From contig CBDCDC010000002.1 in NCBI GenBank assembly GCA_965215195.1, forward strand, positions 3,680,001 to 3,744,000: DNA of 64,000 nucleotides, read 5' to 3'. Both the position numbers and the translations under genes were made by a program. This stretch comes from Candidatus Latescibacterota bacterium (lineage in GTDB: Bacteria; Latescibacterota; UBA2968; UBA8231). This document shows positions 57,144-64,000 of the stretch, in pieces (the first letter of the stretch is position 1; every line of letters begins with the position of its first letter). The notes beneath the pieces are model-generated. The model was not told where the DNA came from, made no database searches, and worked only from the letters and a program-made list of their open reading frames with translations.

Positions 57144-58301
57144 ATGCAGCAATACCGAGTCGCTATTTTGGGCTGCCGCAGCCGGGGCACGGCCGCGGCC
57201 CGCGCCTATCATCAGCATCCCCGCACCGAGGTCGTGGCCCTGTGCGACCTCGTGCCCGAGCGGCGGACGACTCTCGGCGACGAGCTGGGGGTTGCGGCCC
57301 GCTACGACGACCTCGACCGGATGATCGAGGCCGAGGCCCCGGACATCGTCGCCATTCCCACGGGCACCGAATTCCACTATCCGCTGGCTATGCAGGTGCT
57401 GGAGCACGGAGTCCACATCGACATTGAAAAGCCGCTCTGCACGACCTTGGCCGCGGCCGACGCGGTTTTAGCCAAAGCCGCGGAGCAAGGGGTGCAAGTG
57501 GCCGTGCATCACCAAGGCCGCAGCGGCGGCGCGCTGCAAGCGGTCAAAGCGGCGATTGCCGAGGGCCGGATCGGCGACTTGCGCTATGTGCAGGGCAGCG
57601 GCAAGGGTTACTACGGAGGCTACGGCCTAATGAATATCGCTACGCACTCGCTCAATGCCATGCTCGGAGTGGCCGGGCCGGTGCGGAGCGTCCAAGCCGT
57701 GGCCCTGACTGATGGCCGCCCGATCACTCCCGAGGATGTGGTGCCGTCGCCGAGCGGCATGGGCTATATCGCCGGCGAGCACGTGACCGCAGCCCTCGCC
57801 TTTGCGCGTGGAATTTCGGCCACCCTCTTGCAGCACCGCTTCCCCAAGGTGGATTCAACGGCCTATATGATCGAAATCTACGGCACCGAAGGTCGGCTCT
57901 ATTGGAAGAGCGGTGCCCCGTGGTTTTTGTCCACGCCGCACTTTGCCCCCGGTCGAGCCGAATGGCAGCCGCTCGCTCCCTTAGTGCCCGAACACTACGA
58001 CCCGGCGGGTCCGGCTGCGGTGGAGGACTACCAGTTCGCCGACGAGTACGTGCAGGCACTTGATGGGGGCCGTGCGCACGAGTGCTCGGGCGAGGCCGGC
58101 CGCCACGTGCTGGAGATATTGATGGGTATTTTCGAGTCGGGGGTACGCGGTCGGCGCGTCGATCTGCCGCAAGTAGAACGCGACCACCCGCTCTTGCGCT
58201 GGCGCGAGGAGGCGGGCTTGGGCCTGCCCAGCCCCATGCCGCGCCCGTATGTGGAGTGGCTCGCGGCCGAAGACCGCCGCTTGGGCCGAAGCGCGAGTTA
58301 G
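57144..58301 (+). CDS. Gfo/Idh/MocA family oxidoreductase
   Basis: VAILGCRSRG; VVALCD; IEKP; GRIGDL; IYGTEG. Confidence 0.9.
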   Translation: MQQYRVAILGCRSRGTAAARAYHQHPRTEVVALCDLVPERRTTLGDELGVAARYDDLDRMIEAEAPDIVAIPTGTEFHYPLAMQVLEHGVHIDIEKPLCTTLAAADAVLAKAAEQGVQVAVHHQGRSGGALQAVKAAIAEGRIGDLRYVQGSGKGYYGGYGLMNIATHSLNAMLGVAGPVRSVQAVALTDGRPITPEDVVPSPSGMGYIAGEHVTAALAFARGISATLLQHRFPKVDSTAYMIEIYGTEGRLYWKSGAPWFLSTPHFAPGRAEWQPLAPLVPEHYDPAGPAAVEDYQFADEYVQALDGGRAHECSGEAGRHVLEILMGIFESGVRGRRVDLPQVERDHPLLRWREEAGLGLPSPMPRPYVEWLAAEDRRLGRSAS

Positions 58302-58428
58302 CTGATAAGGGCCTGCATAAAGCCGCCCCGCAGCCTAAGCACCGGCGAACGATACTTCCGCCACAATCTATACAACCGGCTCCATGCCGCTCATAATGGA
58401 TAGCTGATGGCCTCTTCGTTGCCGCCTG

Positions 58429-59883
58429 TCAGCCCGCCAATTTTTGCAGCAGGCCCCAACCGCTGACGGCGGCCGAGGCGATCAGCACCAAAGTCGAGAG
58501 CACCGCGCCGCTGAGGACCCATGCGCGGGTGCGGTAGGAGGCGGGCAGCTTGAAGTTGAGATAGATGGCCGCGACCATCATTATGGCAATGGCCAAGTTG
58601 GCGATGAGGAAGCCGGCGATCTGGGTCAGGATGTCAAAGGGGATGTTGTTCCACACGATGAGCATGGTGGTGGCGAAGATGTAGAGGCAAATGACGCGCT
58701 TGATCGCTTGGTACTCCCAAGTGCGGTTGGGCCAGCGGGCCGCGAGAAACTCTTGGGCCACGCGGGCGTAGATTTCGGGCAGGGCTTGCAGGGTGCCCCA
58801 CAGCGCGGCGAGGATGCAGACGTAGTAAATCCACACTAAGCTCGGATGAATCTGACGCCAGACGTGGGCTTGGTGCGTCAGCAGGTTCCAGCCCTCGAAG
58901 CGGGTTTCGAGCGGGAAGAGCACGGTCGCCCCGGAAATCATAAAGGCCCCGGTGACGACAAAGAGGACCAGCGCCCCCAACGCCACATCCCAGCGCAGCG
59001 GCGACACGCGTTGCCGCAGGTGGTGGATTTGCTGGGGGTCGTCGGGTAGGTAGTTGATGGCCTCGCTGCGAGCGGCGCGGGCGCGGATGGCCTCGATATC
59101 TTGGTGGCCAGTCAGCCCCCACTTGTGCAGGCCAATCCAGTTGGCGTAGGCGATATAGCCAATGACCGAGCCGCCGACGTAGCCAAAGGTGGTGCCCAGC
59201 GCCAGCAGTGGATGCGCGACTGTGTCCGCGGGTGCCCAGTCTGGGAAGGGCGGCAGGTCGCCAAAGCGGAAGGTTCCCAAGATCGCCGCGCCCAAGTCTG
59301 GACGCACGATGAGGGTCCCGGCGATGGTCCCCGTGACTAGGATCGCGCAGATGACGAGTTGTTGCTTTTCGAGGCGTTCAAAGGACAGGCGGATGCCAAA
59401 GAACAGGGCCAAGGCAATAAAGGCCGAGGTTATGGCGTTTTCCCAGAAGACTTCTTCCTCGCCGGCCGGCAGGAGGTCGCGCAGCAAGAAGTGAAAGAGG
59501 TCGCCGCAGGGCTTGGACACGGGCACCCAAGCTAGGGGTGCGCCGATCATCTCAAAGAGCAGAATGGTCAACAGCAGCCACCCGCGCGGACCGGGCAGGC
59601 GCACGAGGCGGTGGCCGATCAGTTCGCCGCTGACAGCCGTGTAGCGGCCGATCAGATAAGTGAAGAAGACGCCCTTGACCAAGCAACTGAGCAAGACCAT
59701 CCACAACAAGCCATAGCCGGCCCAAGCACCGGCCCGCACCACGACGATGGTCTCGCCCGCACCAATGGCGACCGAGGCGACGATGGCCGCCGGGCCAAAG
59801 ACGGAGAGCATACCTAAGAGTTTCCTCAGCGACCAAGACTGGGCAAAGACGCCTTCGGGCGGCGGGATTTCTACTTTGTTCAT
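58429..59883 (-). CDS. Nramp/YcsG-like secondary transporter
   Basis: FGPAAIVASVAIGAGE..GAWAGYGLLW..GRYTAVSGE; about 11 TM segments. Confidence 0.8.
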   Translation of the reverse strand: MNKVEIPPPEGVFAQSWSLRKLLGMLSVFGPAAIVASVAIGAGETIVVVRAGAWAGYGLLWMVLLSCLVKGVFFTYLIGRYTAVSGELIGHRLVRLPGPRGWLLLTILLFEMIGAPLAWVPVSKPCGDLFHFLLRDLLPAGEEEVFWENAITSAFIALALFFGIRLSFERLEKQQLVICAILVTGTIAGTLIVRPDLGAAILGTFRFGDLPPFPDWAPADTVAHPLLALGTTFGYVGGSVIGYIAYANWIGLHKWGLTGHQDIEAIRARAARSEAINYLPDDPQQIHHLRQRVSPLRWDVALGALVLFVVTGAFMISGATVLFPLETRFEGWNLLTHQAHVWRQIHPSLVWIYYVCILAALWGTLQALPEIYARVAQEFLAARWPNRTWEYQAIKRVICLYIFATTMLIVWNNIPFDILTQIAGFLIANLAIAIMMVAAIYLNFKLPASYRTRAWVLSGAVLSTLVLIASAAVSGWGLLQKLAG

Positions 59884-59889
59884 TAGTAG

Positions 59890-61077
59890 TCAACTTTGCT
59901 GTGGAGGATTGCCGAGGTCGGGTACGGGGAGGAGGGTTCCCCCTTGGAGGGCGGACTCGTGGGCGACGAGGCCGGGGAGCATGTAGCGCGCCGCGTCCCA
60001 AGCGTTGTTGGGTGGAAGCTGGCCGCTGGCGCAGGCTGTGACAAAGTCATCGACGAGGAACTGATGTGCGCCCGCGTGGCCGTTGGGTAGGCCGGCGAAC
60101 TCGCACGGCAGGCGCTCGACCGGGTGAACGGCCGATGCGCCGAGGTGGGTGCCGTCGGCCGCGGTGACTTTGTCCATGGGGTCGTCGGGCAGGCGCGGCT
60201 GGCCGGTACAGGCTAGGAGCGGATCGAGGTTTTCTTGTTGGGCGTGGTCCTTGGTCAGCCAACGGGCACCGCTGGCGGATTGCTCGAAGCAGCCTTCGGT
60301 GCCTTGGAAAGTCATTTGCACGCAGCCGGGGTGGCCGATGCGGCGGAATTCGTTGATGCGGCAGGTGCTGCCGTCGGACATCTTGTACAGGGCGCTCTGG
60401 TTGCTGAAGGGGTTTTGCCAGTCGTTGTGCTGGTAGATGCCGTCGGCGTGCTTGTCGCGGAAGCCTTGGCAGGACACGTGCGTCATGCGGGCACCTGTAA
60501 CCGAGATGATTTGGCTCGTCGAATGGGTCGGGTAATACATCGGCGGAATGCCGGCGGTCTCGCGCCAGTTTTCTCGGCCGCGCCAGCGGGCCACGTCGTA
60601 GAGGCCGTGATCCCAGTCGTGGTAGTACTCGGCTTGGCCATAGACGATCTGGCCAAAAGCACCGCGGGCATGCTGCTGGCGGCAGTAGAGTACACCGGGA
60701 TAGTAATAGCTGGTCTCCCCGAGCATGTACACCTTGCCACTGCGCGCCGCGGCCGCGACTAGGGACTCGATTTCAGAGACGCTGATGCCGGGGGGGACGG
60801 CTGAGTACACGTGTTTGCCGGCCTCTAGTACTTGGACGGCTTGGGGGCCGTGAAGCCAGTTTTGAGTGAAGAGGCAGATCGCGTCCATTGATGAGTAGCA
60901 GAGGAGGTCGAGCGAGGGGCAGGTGTCGGGTAGCTGGTGTTTGGCGGCGTTGAGTGCCAGCTTCTCGCCATCCAAATCACACAGTACTACTTGGGCGACT
61001 AGGGGATGCGCTTTGAAGAGGGGAATAAAGCTCTGGGCGAAAGCGCCCGTGCCGACGATGCCGATGCGTAAACTCAT
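59890..61077 (-). CDS. Gfo/Idh/MocA family oxidoreductase
   Basis: RIGIVGTG; GKHVYSAVP; YMLGET; PPMYYPTHS; GHAGAHQFLVDDF. Confidence 0.9.
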   Translation of the reverse strand: MSLRIGIVGTGAFAQSFIPLFKAHPLVAQVVLCDLDGEKLALNAAKHQLPDTCPSLDLLCYSSMDAICLFTQNWLHGPQAVQVLEAGKHVYSAVPPGISVSEIESLVAAAARSGKVYMLGETSYYYPGVLYCRQQHARGAFGQIVYGQAEYYHDWDHGLYDVARWRGRENWRETAGIPPMYYPTHSTSQIISVTGARMTHVSCQGFRDKHADGIYQHNDWQNPFSNQSALYKMSDGSTCRINEFRRIGHPGCVQMTFQGTEGCFEQSASGARWLTKDHAQQENLDPLLACTGQPRLPDDPMDKVTAADGTHLGASAVHPVERLPCEFAGLPNGHAGAHQFLVDDFVTACASGQLPPNNAWDAARYMLPGLVAHESALQGGTLLPVPDLGNPPQQS

Positions 61078-61143
61078 GGGGAGGCAAGGTACGGCGGGCC
61101 GATAGGCCGCGCAATAGAACCTGTAATTGGCGGGCACTATTCG

Positions 61144-62232
61144 CTATTCTATGGCGCGCACTTCGTCGGACCAATCCCGCCAGATGTCGCCGTTGGTATT
61201 GTCCACGACCAGTGGGTCGGGGAGGGATGCCGGCGTTTTGAGGAAACCGTAGATGGTCGCTTGGCGGATGACGTCGGTAGATACATTCTGCCCGGCCATG
61301 TGCAAAATTTTGGTGTGCCACAAAACCACTGTGCCGGCGGGGCCGTGGCAATCGACGGGCTGGGTATCGACCTTGATGCGTTGAATGACCGGGTCGTTGT
61401 AGCCGCCGGCCTTGCGTTCCGGCAAGTGTTTGTCCGTGTGCTTTTCGCCGGCGAGGAAGGCCTGCCACTGCTCGCGCCAGATCCGGCTGTGGCTGCCCGG
61501 CCACACTGTGAAGCCGCCGGAGTTGGGCGGCAGATCGTCGATGTAAGCCGACATTTGCAGCCGCCAGCGGCCGTAGCAGGCACCGTCGGAGTGGGCGCTG
61601 CGGTATTCGGGGTTAGGAGACGGGCTGTTGGGCAGAGTGCAATACAAGCCGCGCGTCCCTTGCCCGTTGAGCCACACCGGCCCGGTTTTGGGCAGGCGCA
61701 GGGCTTCCTCGGTGGTGAAGGATCCTTTCTCTGGCCACTTCTCGATCTCTTTGCCCAAGTGGCTGGCCAGCCCTCCCACTGCGTCGTCGCACATGAAGCA
61801 CGGACCCGTCGTGATGCCAGCGTCATCTTCCCCAGCGGGCCACACCACCGTGCCCGCGCCGAGCAATTGCTCGGCGACTTGCCACAAGGCTCGGGGGGCC
61901 AAGTCGAGCATGAATTGTTCGGCGCCGTTGCGGACATAGAAGCGGTGGCCGCTGCCGGCGAAATAGGGGTCGCCGCCGATCTCGGGCCGTTGCGCGTTTA
62001 GCTCGGCGCTTTCTTCGTCGGTGAGCGGCCCCCAAGTAGAGGGATTGTCCCGCTTCATGCGGGGCAGGTGGGTTGCAATCACGGCCCACATTTCGTCCCT
62101 CGCTCGGCGGCAGAGTTCGGGGTTGAGCACGGCGGGGAGCACGAGGAAGCCGTCGCGCTTGAACTGGGCGATCTGGCCCGCCGTCAGGAGCGGGACTTGC
62201 TTCACACTTGGGTTGGTTGGCGTTGGTTGCAT
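61144..62232 (-). CDS. PhyH family Fe(II)/2OG dioxygenase
   Basis: QFKRDGFLVL; AHSDG (HxD); GGFTVWPGSH; GTVVLWH..LHMAG. Confidence 0.85.
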   Translation of the reverse strand: MQPTPTNPSVKQVPLLTAGQIAQFKRDGFLVLPAVLNPELCRRARDEMWAVIATHLPRMKRDNPSTWGPLTDEESAELNAQRPEIGGDPYFAGSGHRFYVRNGAEQFMLDLAPRALWQVAEQLLGAGTVVWPAGEDDAGITTGPCFMCDDAVGGLASHLGKEIEKWPEKGSFTTEEALRLPKTGPVWLNGQGTRGLYCTLPNSPSPNPEYRSAHSDGACYGRWRLQMSAYIDDLPPNSGGFTVWPGSHSRIWREQWQAFLAGEKHTDKHLPERKAGGYNDPVIQRIKVDTQPVDCHGPAGTVVLWHTKILHMAGQNVSTDVIRQATIYGFLKTPASLPDPLVVDNTNGDIWRDWSDEVRAIE

Positions 62233-62484
62233 TTTCCTTTTCTTATTGGACCGGCAGTTAGGGGCTGAGGTGTAGGCGTTACAAAGGGTCTTTTAGGGGG
62301 TTTGGGCAAGCGGCCCGCCGGTCGGCCTCTCGCGCCGTGGAGCACCGGACCCTTGGGTCCTTCAGTCGAGGTCCATGCTTCCCTTGTTTTCAGATATAAA
62401 AATAAGAATGGGCCTAATTAGCGTTCATGCTGGAATGCGCTAATAACATAACTCGACTGTGAAGCCGCAAACACTCATGTCGGC

Positions 62485-63645
62485 TTATGGTAATTCGGTC
62501 CCCTCGCCGAGAATGGCAAGATATTGGTCATAACCGAAAAGCCGATTCCGCTTCTTGCCCGTCAATTCGCGCACCACTCCGACCCGTTCGAGTATCTGTA
62601 TTCCAGCGGTAACCGCGGGGACCGACAGTTCCGTGCGCTTGGCAAGTTCTTGGATCGATGCAATCGGGTGCTCCTGCAAAGCCCGATGGACGCGCAACGC
62701 CGACCCCGCCGCACGACCTGTCTGTTGTATCTTTGCCTGATCTTCCTGAAATAGAGCGAGCAACCGCTGTGCGGTAGAGACGGCTCCCTCCGCGGTCTGG
62801 GTCACGCCATCGAGAAAGAACGCGAGCCACGCTTCCCAGTCCCCGTTTTTTCGCACAGCATTGAGGAGTTCGTAATAGCTCTCTCGGTGCTGTTTGAAGT
62901 AGAGGCTTAAGTACAGCAATGGCTCGCGCAGCACTCGGTCGTGACACAGCAGGAACGCGATCAGCAAGCGGCCGACTCGTCCATTGCCGTCGAGAAAGGG
63001 ATGGATAGTCTCGAATTGGACGTGGGCGAGTCCCGCCCGTAGGAGTGAGGGCATTCCGCAAGCCTCGGTATGGAGAAATCGCTCCAAATCCGACATACAC
63101 TCTGCAACGGCGTGTGCCGGCGCGGACACAAAGTGCGCCGTTCCGGGCCGGCTGCCGCCAATCCAGTTTTGTGAGCGCCGGAATTCACCTGGGGTTTTGT
63201 CGCTGCCGCGGCCCCGTGCGAGTAACTCGGCGTGGAGCTCGCGGATGAGGCGATTGCAGAGCGGGAACCCCTCGCGTATCCGGCTCAATCCGTGTTCTAG
63301 TGCCGCCACATAATTCGAGACCTCGACGACATCGTCGAGGGGGGTCCCTGGCATCTCCTCTAGTTCAAACAACAGAAGATCCGATAGTGAGGACTGGGTA
63401 CCCTCGATCTGGGAGGACAGCACAGCCTCTTTGCGGACATAGGTATAAAGGAACAGGTGAGTGTCGGGCAGCAACACGGAGAGACTGTCCAACCGGCCTA
63501 GCGCCAGCAATGCTTTCTCTAGGGGATCCTGAAGAACTACCAGATCCAGCGCAGGCGTGGGCGGAAGCGGCGCAGGTACGAAAGCCCGCACTGTCTCATC
63601 GCCAACGATCGTGGTTTCGTATCGGCCGGTTTCGCCGCGTCTCAC
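62485..63645 (-). CDS. Fic family protein (DUF4172 + Fic + HTH)
   Basis: KEAVLSSQIEGTQ; PGEFRRSQNWIG; HVQFETIHPFLDGNGRVGR. Confidence 0.95.
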   Translation of the reverse strand: MRRGETGRYETTIVGDETVRAFVPAPLPPTPALDLVVLQDPLEKALLALGRLDSLSVLLPDTHLFLYTYVRKEAVLSSQIEGTQSSLSDLLLFELEEMPGTPLDDVVEVSNYVAALEHGLSRIREGFPLCNRLIRELHAELLARGRGSDKTPGEFRRSQNWIGGSRPGTAHFVSAPAHAVAECMSDLERFLHTEACGMPSLLRAGLAHVQFETIHPFLDGNGRVGRLLIAFLLCHDRVLREPLLYLSLYFKQHRESYYELLNAVRKNGDWEAWLAFFLDGVTQTAEGAVSTAQRLLALFQEDQAKIQQTGRAAGSALRVHRALQEHPIASIQELAKRTELSVPAVTAGIQILERVGVVRELTGKKRNRLFGYDQYLAILGEGTELP

Positions 63646-63785
63646 GGAGAGGTTTCCTTATTAAGCACAACGTAATAAGCCGTATTGTTATTAACATTTA
63701 ACACTAAAGTCTTAATAAGAACTGTCGAACGCAAGGGATGAGCGTCAGTAATAGTGCAGGCTATCCATGCTCCCTTAGCTGAGGC

Positions 63786-64000
63786 TCAAACGCCACCAGC
63801 GTCGGTGAGCAAGCCGATGGCAGCCGCGAGCCGGTCCTTGTCTTTGACCTTTGAGCGCAACGCAGTCGCCAACGGCGTCTGGCCCTTGTCGTCTTTGGCG
63901 TTCACTTCGGCCCCGCGGTCGAGCAGCAAGGCGACGATGCGGTCGAATCCCGCTTTGGCGGCACAGTGCAACGCCGTCTGGCCCTTGTGGTTCCTGACAT
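63786..64000 (-). CDS. Ankyrin repeat protein, C-terminal part (5' end outside window)
   Basis: VRNHKGQTALHCAAKAG..LLLDRGAEVNAKDDKGQTPL. Confidence 0.9.
   Translation of the reverse strand, partial: VRNHKGQTALHCAAKAGFDRIVALLLDRGAEVNAKDDKGQTPLATALRSKVKDKDRLAAAIGLLTDAGGV

Noticed and set aside
62310-62410. tRNA-like or att-associated structure
   Set aside because: Only small hairpins (GGACCC/GGGTCC); no cloverleaf, T-loop or CCA end.
62446-62490. attC-like site downstream of Fic (CATAAC..TTATG hairpin)
   Set aside because: Too short, the inverse core reads CCATAAG rather than RYYYAAC, the spacers pair, and there is no integrase or second site.

Overview
GC-rich bacterial window. The gene content suggests an FCB-group organism, most like a Latescibacterota/Gemmatimonadota-type marine or sponge symbiont. 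That is inference from FlgD/T9SS-like C-terminal domains, PhyH paralogues, a sulfatase and TPR/NHL/ankyrin proteins. Positions 1-11.9 kb hold a minus-strand operon of uncharacterised envelope proteins: a CBM9/DOMON-like protein with a TAVExxSWGxxKA tail, an internal terminator, a lipoprotein, three paralogous discoidin-like proteins with TPNGD/FlgD-type C-terminal domains, an 892-aa probable outer-membrane protein and a parvulin lipoprotein. This is the best candidate for an undescribed surface-assembly system. Divergent from it lies a CRTAC1/TPR/DUF5107 operon, followed by an AT-rich AbrB-VapC module. Positions 17.7-40 kb are an accessory patchwork: sugar ABC components, a DUF6785-like membrane protein, PHP and HAD hydrolases, a sulfatase, gene remnants, a mosaic tandem array of three NHL beta-propeller genes with a stub at each end, and a second WG-tail protein behind a ~260-nt leader with mutually exclusive helices. 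Positions 40.5-53 kb are mostly core genes (rsmB, PASTA protein, rpe, ffh, rpsP, rimM, trmD, rplS; recJ, apgM, GDPD) plus a heptamer repeat and a REP-like doublet. Positions 53-64 kb carry a DUF4398/L,D-transpeptidase cluster, catabolic oxidoreductases, an Nramp-like transporter, PhyH, Fic and a partial ankyrin gene. I recognised no rRNA, tRNA, CRISPR array or transposase. All family calls come from motif recognition by eye, not from database searches.
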